Notes: generated by a model from the sequence alone, not told the origin. DNA of 64,000 nucleotides from Octopus vulgaris (GCA_951406725.2 OX597815.1:54746001-54810000), one strand, 5' to 3'; shown: positions 11,901 through 27,692, numbered from the stretch's first letter. Translations and numbers: made by a program.

Positions 11901-13035
11901 AAACACCGTACATGTAGCTACGTACACTTATTAAAAGAAATCTATATTATTGTATGTTGAAGGGCGTTATTGAATGGCAAATCCATTGAGCGCCGAATTA
12001 TATCCCTGTGGGACAGTTCGTTACATTCTTATTGCGGATCTCATCATAGTCGTTCTCTTCACCTTTCTGGAGTCGATAAATAATACTAGTTAGAAATGTA
12101 CGCGCAGTGTTTTGTTTTTTGTTGAAGCCGCCATGAATTAGAGTCAACTTTGTGAGAAATGTACTATGGATAAGGGAATATGTGGGCCGGTGATATCAAA
12201 GACATGTCCTATCAGTATTTTCAGGGGTGGTATACATGGCCGATTGAATTGTGTAATACTGTTTCGGATAGGTTTTCATTGCACTAAGTTACCTGAATCT
12301 GTTAAAAAATATTAGTAGAACTAGTTGAAGATGTATTTGAACCGGTAATTACTTTACTATATATATTTATCGACGTCTCTGAGTTTGTGGAATGCTCTTT
12401 TGGTGTCTGAAGGAAGGTGAGAACTTCGTCGTGTTCGATATAGAAGATGCTTTCTTTGTAATGATTATTTTTATAAGTGATTATGGAAAACTGTTTCATA
12501 ATTTATTTTAATTGATTTGCTATATTTAACTTACTGCTGTGACATGTGATGTGACCATTAAAGTAGTTGTTTCAAAGGGTTTGTTACTCATTTTAAGGTT
12601 TATGTTCAATGAAAAGATAATCTATAGAAACACAGGTAATTGAATACATAGAACTGAAAGCTAAAAAAAATGTCGTTAATTCGGTTATTGATATCGTTGC
12701 CACTGAAAGCAATTTTATATTCTTTCTTCTTGGTGATTAATTTGCTTTTTAAAAATTTATTCGTCTCCAGCAATCTCCAACAAATATACTTACTTCAGTT
12801 GCATCATGCTTTAGCTTTGAATTTGAATTAAGTCTATTACATACCTTTGACGATCGGTTAACAATGACGTTGACCGCAACGATCTGACTTGACATTTCTG
12901 ACTTGCTTTCTTTTACAAATCTTCTCTGCCGTTTATGCTACCAAAAGGCCAAATGTGATATTGATTGCTCACTTGGCCAAAACTTTTTATTGTTATGTTT
13001 ACTTATATATATATATATATGTACATACATATACG

Positions 13036-13105
<70 letters not shown>

Positions 13106-13835
13106 AACACACACACACATACACGCACACACACACACACAGAAAATGACATGAATATATTACTGATACTTATTTCATTTACATCAGAATTGCAAAATTG
13201 TTCAAGACCGACAGAATCTGAAAAGAAGGTAGGAAATATTTAAATATTGTAAAACATTTCATGCACATGGCTGATTGGTTGATTGGCTGGTTGACTAGCT
13301 ACTTGACTGGCTAGCTGTCTGATTGGTTGGTTGGTTGGTTGGTTGATTGGTTGATTGGATGCATGTATGAATGGTTTGCAATTCATTGGCTTAGTGAAAC
13401 AATTAACGCTTCTTAGTTCTAATCTCCGACAGGAAAAAGTAAGTTTTTGGTTCTACATTTTTTAGGCTAAACTACACAACATAAAATCCGTTTAGGAGAA
13501 GATGAACAGACCTTACTACAAAGAATTAGTTCAACATAATCCACAGACCTATTTCTCATGGCGGGCGCCACCGTGTTATAAATTCGTTCGTTATTATAGT
13601 TTCCACAATCCTACTGCAAAAGAAAATATTAAGGTGTGGTAATTTTCAAGTATTGTAGTATTTGTAGCATTTGTAATATGATATTAGTCTAAAAAACCAA
13701 TATACTGCACAAAATTAGTGCACAAGATGCTAGGAATTTCCAAGTGCTTTATATATATACATATGGTGGTTGTCCACTCCTTATGCAGAGTCTGACCACC
13801 TCTTATACTGTCGTATATATATATATATATATATA

Positions 13836-14104
13836 GGACAGCAACAGGTCTTGCAAGACATACCTGGCAACTTAAGGAGAATGACACCCGCCCGTTCAAT
13901 ATCAACTGGACAATTTTGGAAAAAGCACCATCATACAAATGTGGGGCTTACAGAAGGCCTATGAAATGTAATCTTTGCCTCTCAGAAAAGTTCTTCATCC
14001 TCTTCCAGGATAAACGTGCATTGAACCAGAGAACCGAGCTCTTACGTTCCTGCAGGCACGCTGCAAGGTTTAAAATGTTAACCGAAAAAATACTGTATGG
14101 GTAA
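13836..14104 (+). mobile_element. Penelope-like element 3' coding fragment (GIY-YIG C-terminus, possibly Naiad-type)
   Basis: Reads TATGLARHTWQLKEND..FNINWTILEKAPSY..CNLCLSEKFFIL..LNQRTELLRSCRH; starts immediately after (TA)n. Confidence 0.8.
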
Positions 14105-14490
14105 AATTTTTTGACGTTCGGAAAATTTTCAATGTCACATTTGAATTTGGCTTTACACCTTATATATAGTTATTTTTGTATTACAATGCTAGCACATATT
14201 TCGACTTCGCATTTTATATTTCACGTCCAATTTTTAAGAAAGCCTTCGACTGTTTTACAAATTTAAACTTAAGCTTAGCAGAGGTTTATTTTTTACTCAT
14301 TTTTATGCATTTTTATATATTCAAATTTCATATTTTAAATTTATATATTTATCTTAAATTACATTTAATTGTCTTATTTTAATTTATTGTACAATTACCT
14401 TCTTTTAATATTCTGTATACCAGACAGTTTTTTGTAGTATGTTTGTACGCGTATATACGTTATGGTGTATATATTTATCTTAATGTGAAG

Positions 14491-14538
<48 letters not shown>

Positions 14539-15428
14539 TCACGTAAATATTTATTTGTATATTTGTATGTGTGTCTATACGTGTGTGTATTTGTATGTAT
14601 GTTTGTATTTATGTAGATATGCATGACGTTTTATATGTGTGTGTTTGCAAGATGAACAAAGTATCTAACGTTCGTTAGATACTTTTTAGGAACGCCAACT
14701 TCCAAATCATCTTACTCTCTACCCCTATCTAATTTACTCTTTCTCTTTCTGATTTTCTGTTTCTTTTCCTTTTATTTCTTTTTCTTCTTTTCCTTTTTTC
14801 TTTCTCCCACCATTTGATTTTTCTGATTTCTTTTCGTTTTCTTTCTCTCGCCTGTAACAACTAAGTTGTATAAGCATACTCCCGGAGATATTATGCGCAT
14901 GTGTGTGCATGGATACATATATATGCATTTGTATATATTTACGCTTTGCCTATATTTGTTTGTATATGTATGTAGCCATGTATCAACGCCTGTATGGTTA
15001 GTGAATATATATATATATATATATAGTTTGGTATGTATATGTATTGCTAAATATATATGTATTTTTGCGTGAAAGTTTTTTAAACAGATATATCTTTATT
15101 TGAATTTATCATTATTTGTTACCACTAGTTATTTACCCTGGATATTCAGGTCTTTTTCCCGTCTACATAAGCTATTTTTAATTTAAGCTTTTCTCCGGTT
15201 TTTATATGATTTTAAACCGCAATTGTAATTTCATGCAACCGGTTATTGAAAAGACCGTTAGTTGAAATAACCATTGAAACAAAACGATTTTCAAATGTGT
15301 ATCTATCAAAGTAATTGTATATTTATACACATAATCTTATTTTACTCCATTTTAAACAAAGTCCCACGAATGGGAAAGTGAAACTCTGAGTAACAGTTTT
15401 TGTGATATTTTGCAGCTTTTTAAATAGA

Positions 15429-15476
<48 letters not shown>

Positions 15477-15499
15477 CACACACATATATATATATATAT

Positions 15500-15550
<51 letters not shown>

Positions 15551-15628
15551 GAAATAGGAACACACGATTGATATATATGAAAAAACAAGTCAAAAATAGA
15601 AAATGCTAAAATAATTTTATAGTGAACA

Positions 15629-15672
15629 TTTCAGTACCGGTTTCGGTCATTTTGAGACCTTTTCAACTGTAA
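15629..15672 (-). ncRNA. minimal hammerhead ribozyme (U3-A8 variant), inverted pLTR copy
   Basis: Exact reverse complement of 17352..17395. Confidence 0.7.
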
Positions 15673-16065
15673 CGATTAAATAATTAAATTTAGAAAAATT
15701 AGAAGAAAAGTTTTTTTAAAGGAATATTTCTATAGTAGTGTTCAGATATAAGTGGCATTCTGCCTTTCTCTGACTCCCTTGTTTGCACTTGTGTGTTCGA
15801 GGTAGTTGTGAGTTCTTGGCAGGGTAGAAGAAGAAGAAGGCTGATGAGGAAAGGGGGTGGGAAAATCTGGGAGTGCCACCTTCACTTATTGACAAGTACA
15901 TTCAACGTGCCCTTCAACTTAACATCAAGGAACTGAGACACCCCAAATCAAAGAAAAACTTACAACCAAAAGCCTTACCATACATCTCCACACACAACCC
16001 TCTCAATAACGAAGCCTTCGGCACCATCCTCCACAACATACCCCTCCTAAAAAAAAGACCACAGA

Positions 16066-16593
16066 ATGAACACAATCCTCCAAACACACACGATCATAAA
16101 AAGCAAGAGACAGCCTAAATCCATGAAAAGTCTCCTAACACAAGCCCGAATTCACTCTTCAACACAGAAGCCGACAGTAAAAAAATGTGGAAGACCCAAT
16201 TGCGGGATATGCGACTATCTAATTGAGGGATCAGAGTTCTCCTTCAAACAGGGACAACGGTTTACAGTGAAAAGCAACTTCACATGTGCTTCGGAGAACC
16301 TAATATACTCACTAACCTGCTCCGGGTGTCAAGAGCAGTACATAGGCCAAACAAAAAATAGTTTGCGTAAACGAATGGCCCTGCACAGATCCCAGATAAA
16401 AATTCCCCAAAACAGAAAAATAGCTTTTAGCCAACACATAGATACTTGCGCCAACAAAAAAACACCAAGCTTCAGGATTTTCCCCCTCTACCAATTTAGG
16501 GACGATACAACCTCGAGACAACGAATAAGTAAAGAAACTCTCTTTATTACAAAATACAGGCCACTTCTTAACGGGTCTACGACAAACAATTAA
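16066..16593 (+). CDS. GIY-YIG endonuclease of the PLE (continues frameshifted piece 15873..16118)
   Basis: CGRPNCGIC linker, NLIYSLTCSGCQEQYIGQT, LRKRMALHR, KETLFITKYRPLLN. Confidence 0.88.
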   Translation: MNTILQTHTIIKSKRQPKSMKSLLTQARIHSSTQKPTVKKCGRPNCGICDYLIEGSEFSFKQGQRFTVKSNFTCASENLIYSLTCSGCQEQYIGQTKNSLRKRMALHRSQIKIPQNRKIAFSQHIDTCANKKTPSFRIFPLYQFRDDTTSRQRISKETLFITKYRPLLNGSTTNN

Positions 16594-16761
16594 TATACCT
16601 CAACTTTAGAATAAAAGAAATATACACACACAAATATTACATTCCAAAGAATCCATTACTAATCAGCCCCAATCACAGCTTTACTCCATAACATGCCAAC
16701 TTCAAGTCATACAACACCTCACTACTTTCACCCATTCATATTCTCCCTTCTCTGTTTTTTT

Positions 16762-16995
16762 CTTCTTCTTCCTCTTCTTCTTCATCATCATCATTATCAT
16801 CATCATCGTCGTCATCATCATCACCACCATCATCATCATCATCATCTTCTCCTTCTCCTTCTTCTTCTTCTTCTTCTTCTTCTTCTTCTTCTTCTTCTTC
16901 TTCTTCTTCTTCTTCTTCATCATCATCATCATCATCAACATCGTCATCTTCTTCTTCTTCTTCTTCTTCTTCTTCTTCTTCTTCTTCTTCTTCTA
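16762..16995. repeat. compound (CTT)n/(CAT)n microsatellite in the PLE 3' region
   Basis: Direct reading. Confidence 0.95.
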
Positions 16996-17351
16996 CTTCT
17001 CCACCTTCTACCCCTTAACTTTGTCACTAATGTTTTTTAGTATAACACCTACGCAAATTCCATAAACAAGCCTTTCAATAGAAATATTCTCCTGAATTGA
17101 ACTGCGACTGCTAGCCACCACTGATCATTCAAAATACCACCATCAGGGCACTCCCAGATTTTCCCACCCCCTTTCCTCATCAGCCTTCTTCTTCTTCTAC
17201 CCTGCCAAGAACTCACAACTACCTCGAACACACAAGTGCAAACAAGGGAGTCAGAGAAAGGCAGAATGCCACTTATATCTGAACACTACTATAGAAATAT
17301 TCCTTTAAAAAAACTTTTCTTCTAATTTTTCTAAATTTAATTATTTAATCG

Positions 17352-17395
17352 TTACAGTTGAAAAGGTCTCAAAATGACCGAAACCGGTACTGAAA
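17352..17395 (+). ncRNA. minimal type I hammerhead ribozyme (U3-A8 core variant)
   Basis: ttacag-TTGAAAA-ggtc(tcaaaat)gacc-GAAA-ccgGTA-ctgaaa: stems I and II pair, palindromic stem III ACCGGT. Confidence 0.72.
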
Positions 17396-17478
17396 TGTTC
17401 ACTATAAAATTATTTTAGCATTTTCTATTTTTGACTTGTTTTTTCATATATATCAACTCGTGTGTTCCTTTTCACCCT

Positions 17479-17522
<44 letters not shown>

Positions 17523-17593
17523 TATTTTCACTCGAATGGATCGATCGAAATACTTAATCGTCTGTGCCAATAAATATATTTATAACTCTGTGT

Positions 17594-17636
<43 letters not shown>

Positions 17637-17749
17637 CCAGCTGTAGGAAATTCTTCCTGGGGTTGGTTTGAATTGCAGTATCATCGTCTCTTTGAGAAAC
17701 CCCACGTTACAGTGACGATAAACACTACCTACCTACCTACCTACCTACC

Positions 17750-17788
<39 letters not shown>

Positions 17789-17865
17789 TAAATAAATAAA
17801 ACATATGCATATATACATACATATATGTACCTACCTATCTCTACATGTATATATACATGCATATA

Positions 17866-18090
17866 TGGGTACAGGACACAAAAAAAACGTCGAACACAAT
17901 GAGAAACGAAAACATAAACACAAAACCAAGGAAATGGACATTTTTCTTAAACAGCGAAAAAATAGAGTACAGGACATACAAAACAAGGAAATTTCCCCTT
18001 CTTCAGTCGCCTTTGTTTCATCTATGCCACGTTTCGAAGGTCAAGGCGAGGGAGCAACAGATGTGCCGTCTCTACTTGAAGGTAGCCAGG
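17866..18090 (-). repeat. non-coding repeat, probable PLE terminal segment, related to 42935..43130
   Basis: Shared tacaggac, aatga.a.acgaaaac, ccttc.tcagt, tttcga blocks. Confidence 0.5.
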
Positions 18091-18224
18091 AGAAGAAAGA
18101 CAATAGCAGAGTTCTCGTCGCGGGTCAACGACGGAAGGGAGGAGGAGGAGTAAGAGAAAGGGAGAGAAAAAAGGGAATGGTTGTAGAGAAAAGAATGAAG
18201 AATGAAAGAGAGAGAGGGAGAGAC

Positions 18225-18658
18225 AGTAAGGTACCAAAAACTGAGCAAATATAAAGATCTTGAAATAGAAATCAGCAAAATGTGGAAGCTGAAGACTAAA
18301 ACAATACTTGTTGTCATAGGTGCCCTGGGAATGATAGCGAAAGGGACTGATTGCTACCTAACTCAGTTACCAGGAAACCCCAAAATGGCAGAAATTCAAA
18401 AGATAGTGCTCATGGGAACTGCTCATATCCTACGCAAAATACTCTCTATGTAATCCCAAGGTTTAAAACAAACTTTTTTTTTATTTATTTGTTTTTTTAT
18501 TTTTTTATTTTTTTATGTATTAGACATTCACTAGTACAACACCAAAAAAAAAAAAAAGCTCAAATATATGGCACAGAACTTCTAACCTGTTGTCTCTTGA
18601 GGTCTCTGGGTGAGACTTGGAGCCAACTTGTACAGACATAAAGCCAAAGTCAAACATA

Positions 18659-18660
<2 letters not shown>
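18225..18660 (+). mobile_element. R4/Dong-type LINE 3' fragment ending in (TAA)n
   Basis: KLSKYKDLEIEISKMWKLKTKTILVVIGALGMI..IQKIVLMGTAHILRKILSM, 3' UTR, then (TAA)n. Confidence 0.88.
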
Positions 18661-21899
<3,239 letters not shown>

Positions 21900-22193
21900 T
21901 AACGGGTAAAATTAATTAATCAATTAATAGCTAATAATTTTACCAAGTATTCAGAAGATTTTCGAACATTTTCCTAGGAAGCCATGACCGAAGCCCGTTT
22001 CGACTCTCTAATGTAGCCATTTATATATAAATAGCGTCTTAAATTCCGTTGGGTAAATCATCCTCATTGCAACTCGCCGTTTCTTATATAATATAATAAC
22101 TGTCTCTTGTAAAAAATAATTCTTTATTTTCAACATACACATTAGTTTCAGATTTCATTTCTCTCACATCCGTTCAGAATCCCCAAAGTGCCA

Positions 22194-22330
22194 GATTTGT
22201 TATTTATATCAATTCACTCGACAATTAACGCTTGCAATAAAATATTCCAGCCTGTAGCTAACTATGCACACATTTTTGTAGCTGTTGCAGCTGCCAGTGT
22301 GTCTGTATGTATATATATACACACACACAC

Positions 22331-22397
<67 letters not shown>

Positions 22398-22511
22398 ACA
22401 CACACACCGGCAACTGCAACAGCTACAAAAATGTGTGCATAGTTAGCTACAGGCTGGAATATTTTATTGCAAGCGTTAATTGTCGAGTGAATTGATATGA
22501 ATAACAAATCT
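22194..22511. repeat. foldback inverted repeat, ~110-bp arms around a (CA)/(TA)n core
   Basis: 22194..22302 is the near-perfect reverse complement of 22402..22511. Confidence 0.92.
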
Positions 22512-22608
22512 ACATATATAGATACATATATGTGTATTTGAGTATGCATGTATGCATAGATGTATATATATATCTATGCATACATGCATACTCAAATACA
22601 CATATATG

Positions 22609-22641
<33 letters not shown>

Positions 22642-22761
22642 ATGACAACCAACTAATTGTTACATATATTTATAAACTCCTCTATTTACATAATATCGAG
22701 GTCTCATTCATTCTCTTGTTGTCATATCATTATTATTATTATAGATAGATGATAGATAGAT

Positions 22762-22814
<53 letters not shown>

Positions 22815-22819
22815 TGTCT

Positions 22820-22950
22820 CTCAGCCACATTCTTCCGGATTCAGTCCCACTGCGTAGCACCTTGAGCAAGTGTCTTCTAGTATAGCCTGGGGCCAACCAA
22901 ACCCTTGTAAGTGGATCTGTCAGATGGAAATTGGAAGAAGCTTTTCGAAT
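22820..22950 (+). mobile_element. tRNA-derived SINE family B (CORE-like), 5'-truncated
   Basis: ggattcagtcccactgcgtagcaccttgagcaagtgtcttct..tatagcc..ggccaaccaaa; aligns with 37004 and 43424 copies. Confidence 0.8.
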
Positions 22951-23138
22951 ATATCTTTATATATCTGTGTATGTATCTCTATGCTTGTGTTTATTTTTCA
23001 TCACCGTTTCACAACTGTTTAAGTTTTGAACTTTATTATCCTCCCTGTATTCTTCAATCTACTGTTTTACTCTTTATTCTTCTATCTACTATTTCATACC
23101 TTTATAAACTGTGAATTCCCTGTCAAGAACTTTCACCT

Positions 23139-23216
23139 TGTCTCTTATGACAGACTACCCAATATATGGAGAAGGTAACCTATCACTTGGGATATCCCAG
23201 AAACAGCTGTAAGACA
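23139..23216 (+). ncRNA. degenerate minimal hammerhead
   Basis: tgtct-CTTATGA...GAAA-cagctGTA-agaca; stem I perfect, G5 replaced by T. Confidence 0.55.
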
Positions 23217-23599
23217 TCCAATAATTAAATAATTAACTAGTTAATTAATTACTTCAAATTCATGTTACTCTAATTTAGTATTCTAAATGACTTGAGATAC
23301 TCATCTTGCCTTATTTTTGTTGTCCTTTTCCTCTAATATATATATATATATATATATATAGCAATTAAGGGTAAAACTAATTAATTAGTTTTACCCTTAA
23401 TTGCTATTGATAATAGATTTTTCTCCATGAGAACCTACTGCTGATTTTTCTGTAACATTTACTTGAAGACAAAACGTGGAAAGGCAGAGGAGGCTAAGCG
23501 ACTTTCATTCTTGTTTTGAATCTGGCGGTACTAGCATTAGCGACCGTTACATTGAAGGAATCATTCTAATGTTTTAGTACCTTCGGATTATTGCAGAAA

Positions 23600-23689
23600 A
23601 TCCAAACTGAAGAGGAATGTGGTTAGTAAAGTTTATATTTTTGGATATTCTTTACTTGAATCCTGATTCCGAAACGCGCGTCTATGGAT
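23600..23689 (+). ncRNA. minimal type I hammerhead ribozyme, canonical core
   Basis: atccaaa-CTGAAGA-ggaat...attcc-GAAA-cgcgcGTC-tatggat; stem II perfect, stem I 6 of 7 pairs, palindromic stem III. Confidence 0.82.
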
Positions 23690-23866
23690 AATCGGATATT
23701 GATTGATTTTCGTTACGTTACCCTCTGACTGGATGAATAAGATTCAAGTATTATGGTTTCTCTGGTAGACCCTTTTTTTAAGTAGAAGAAATGGCTTAGA
23801 TTTTGGCTGCTATTTCTGAACTTCGGTATGTGGTGATGCATTTCTTTTGCTGACCCCTCAATATTA

Positions 23867-23932
<66 letters not shown>

Positions 23933-23933
<1 letters not shown>

Positions 23934-24290
23934 AGTTAATGAATGGAGTAGATTAGATCCAGACTACATGTTTCATAGCAAGCGAAATCTAAGAAATAAT
24001 AAATATCCAAGTGAGGTGTATACCGCAAGCTACTCTCCAACCCAAGGATATCTTGATTAAATTAATGTTTACATTATCACAAGGAGGTACATGTTAACAC
24101 ATGGAAGGTTCAATCAGTGTGTTAACATGTACCTCCTTGCGACAATGTAAACTTTCATTTAATCAAGATGTCCTTTGCCTGAAGAGTAGCATGTGGTATA
24201 CACACCTCACTTGGATATTTACCACCTCTGAGGTTCCGCTCGCTATGAAACATATGTAGCCCAGATTTTGTCTACGCCATTCCTTAACTC
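23933..24290. mobile_element. ORF-less foldback element (inverted PLE-type pLTR pair) in (TA)n
   Basis: 23933..24101 is a diverged reverse complement of 24118..24290; hammerhead motif in each arm. Confidence 0.8.
24174..24264 (+). ncRNA. minimal hammerhead ribozyme
   Basis: gc-CTGAAGA-gtagc...gctat-GAAA-catatGTA-gcccag; palindromic ACATATGT; stem I eroded. Confidence 0.7.
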
Positions 24291-24492
24291 ATGTATCCTT
24301 ATTCGCACACCCGGCAACCCCGGTCGCTTACCGTGAAATATAAACAGAACTTTTGTCAGTTTATCGTATTTTGATACGGAAAAAATCCACAACATTCCGT
24401 CTCAATAAACCACTATAGTCCCTGAATATTGTTTTTATATTTACTGCGGGTTGCTTGAAGCTAACTTTCTTCCTATACCTCGATCCCTGGAT

Positions 24493-24536
<44 letters not shown>

Positions 24537-24939
24537 TTAATAAAGTTAAAACATGATCTAGTTTTTACCTTTTTTTATTGTTGTATCTTAAAATAATTAT
24601 TTACAATGTTGAAGTGTGTTAAACACTAAAAAAATATTTGGTGATGTTCATGAAGTTCAGTTAGCGCTTTCATACATTTGTATTACTCATCAGATTTCAA
24701 AATATATTTAACTGACATTTGCGTATTTCTTCCTTTACGTATTTCCTTAAATAAACATATACATACCTATTTATAGACATAGGTATTTATATGTTTATTT
24801 GAGGAATGTGATGTCTATATAAAATTATATAACCAATAATACGATTATTTGTTTGATTGTTGCGTTAACTAAGTGTGTATATATGTATATGTATGTTTGT
24901 ATATATGTATATATATGTGTGTGTGTGTATGTGTGTGTA

Positions 24940-25006
<67 letters not shown>

Positions 25007-25213
25007 ATCTATGAGTATATGTATGTATATGTGTGGCTATTTATATGTCTATATGCGTATGTATGTGTGCATGTATATATATATGTATGTGTAAGTGTGT
25101 ATATATATATTTGTGTACTTGGACATATATATGATTACGGAATGTGATGTATATACAAAATTATATAACATAATTATTATTATTATTATTATTATTATTA
25201 TCATTATTATTAT

Positions 25214-27614
25214 TTATGGGTTTTTCTTCTTCTTTCAAATTTGCTTCCATTTCTTGCCGAGTGTCTTCCCGACTCCTAAGGCAAAGAAACTCATAGTATA
25301 CATTGGTAGGCCATTAAACCAAACTCAATAGTTCGTTCATTTTTTTTTTTTTAAGTTAAATTAAAATACATGAGCAGCAACAGTTCTCTCATCGACAATG
25401 CTCTTCTCAATACGTGTGATGTACCAGTTAAGACAATCTTTTGCACTTCTTGCAGGGATGGTAAGCCAGGGATCATTCTCATATAATTTTCGGTTCCCTT
25501 CTTGATCATTCCTAGTGCTCCTACGATCACTGGTATTGTAACCGCCTTGAGATGCCACATTTTCTCAATTTTAATGAGCAGGTCTTTATATTTCCTGAGC
25601 TTGTCAAATTCTTTCGCCGAGATATTATGATCACAGGGGATGCTCATGTCGATCAATAAGCAAACTTTATTGTTTTGGTCTCTCACAACAATATCCGGTT
25701 TATTGGCTGTATGTACTGGAAAGTCCCACAGAATCGTTACATTTTCTCCTTCAGTTACAGCTTCAGGGTGATGATTATACCACTTGTCGGCAGTTTTGAT
25801 ATTGTAATGCCGATTTATTAGCCAGTGCAGATATTGGCCAACTCTTTCATGTCTTAATTTATACTCCACTGGTGCTAAGACTTTACATCCAGAGATTAGG
25901 TGGTCCACTGTTTCAATCATGTCGTTGCAGAATCGGCATTTTGGGTCTGCTCCATTTTTCATCACATTGGCCTGGTAGTTCCGGGTTAATAGGCTTTGAT
26001 CTTGAGCAGCCAGGATGAAACCTTCACTCTCTGCTTTTAGCCCTGAGCTCCGTAGCCACTGATGGGTTTGCTTCTGGTCAACATCAGCTTGTTTGCTACG
26101 GGCCACATATTTGCCGTGCAGAGGTTTCTCCTCCCACCTATCAGCTCGTGCGCTTTTTTCGTTGCCATTATTTTCACCTTCTTTGCAACAATAGTTGCCG
26201 TACTTCCCTCGGGTTGTTCAGTTTGGGTATCCTGCACGAGATCAATAGCAAATCTTTTGCTTTCCTTTATGATAGAATGAAGCTTCTTTCGTCTCTCGTG
26301 ATTTTCCACGAGCTTTAGCATCCAGTCATTCGTTATTTCAAGATATTTGGCCAGTCCAATTGTGGTTGTTTTGTAAACTAGTTCAAATTGGATCAGGCCT
26401 CGACCTCCTTGGGCTCTGGAGAGGTAAAGGCGATCTACGTCTGCCTTTGGATGGTGCATCCTATTACAACTCAGCAGCTTGCGTATTTTCCTATCTATAT
26501 TCTTTACTTCACTCATATTCCAGTTCAACACATTGTAGCTATAAGTAATAACTGTAGGAATTTATAGCTAACACCTTGTTACGTGCATTTAGTTCAGATT
26601 TCAGGACTGCACGAACTCTCCTATAACATTCCTTCCTGATCTTCTCTTTCATGCTTGCATGCTGAATACCTGAGCCTTCATTTATCCCTAAATATTTGTA
26701 TGTTTGTTCTTGCTCAAGCTCTCTTATGACTGTGTCAACATCTAATACGACTGAATTTGTGGTCTTCACTTTCCTTTCCCGGAAAGTGGCCTTGGCACAC
26801 TTCTCAAGCCCAAACTCCATCCCGATGTCATCGCTGAATGCTTTCACAGTGCGCAATAGGCCTTCAAGTTCATTATCGTCTTTACCATAGAGTTTTAAGT
26901 CATCCATATAAAATAGATGGCTTATTTTTTTATTGACAATTCTATACCCATACCCTGTTCTGTTTAATTCACTTGTAAGGGGTATTAGGGTTATGCAGAA
27001 CACTAGAGGTGAAAGTGAGTCACCTTAAAAATGCCACAGTTGATGTGTATATTCTCTGAGGCAAGTACTCCATTAAAGTGGTATAATTGGAGATTCGTAT
27101 TCCACAACGACATATTGTGCTTCAGGAAGCTTGAAATCACAGGGGAAATTTTGAAGATGTCCAGCGATTTCAAGATCCATGAATGCGGTATACTGTCGAA
27201 GGCCTTTTTATAGTCAATCCATGCGGAGCTAAGATTTCTGCGCTTGTTGTAACAGTTCTCAAGGATCATACGATTAATTAGCAGTTGATCTTTGCATCCG
27301 TATGAGCCTCGGCGGCACCCTTTTTGTTCAATGGGGAAAATATCGTTCTTCTCCATGAATGCATATATTTTCTCCACCAGGATAGATGTTAGGATTTTAT
27401 ACGTGGTGGATAAACAGGTTATAGGCCGATAGTTTTTTGGAAGTTTGGTTTCGTTATTCTTTGGGAGTAGGTAAGTAATACCACTTGCTAACCATTCAGG
27501 TGTTTTCTTTGGGTCTCTCATAATTCCATTGAGCAGCTGAACTAGCTTACCGTGTGCGCATGGGAGCGATGCGAGCCAGAAATTCGGCCCCCTAACTTTA
27601 CCGGGGGATTTCCA
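25214..27614 (-). mobile_element. R4/Dong-type LINE, 5'-truncated and frameshifted, inserted in (TAA)n
   Basis: ORF pieces 27003..27521, 26539..27003, 26037..26531, 25351..26106: NYRPITCL, WIDYKKAFDS, YMDDLKL, CRFC..ETVDHLISGC, KPDIVV..LIDMSIP; (TTA)n at both flanks. Confidence 0.94.
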
Positions 27615-27618
27615 ATTA

Positions 27619-27692
<74 letters not shown>

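Larger units (their letters stand above)
15556..17469 (+). mobile_element. Penelope-like element (Neptune-type), 5'-truncated, with inverted ~320-bp pseudo-LTRs, in (TA)n
   Basis: 15556..15877 is the reverse complement of 17147..17469; GIY-YIG ORF between them; hammerhead in each pLTR; (TA)n on both flanks. Confidence 0.92.
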
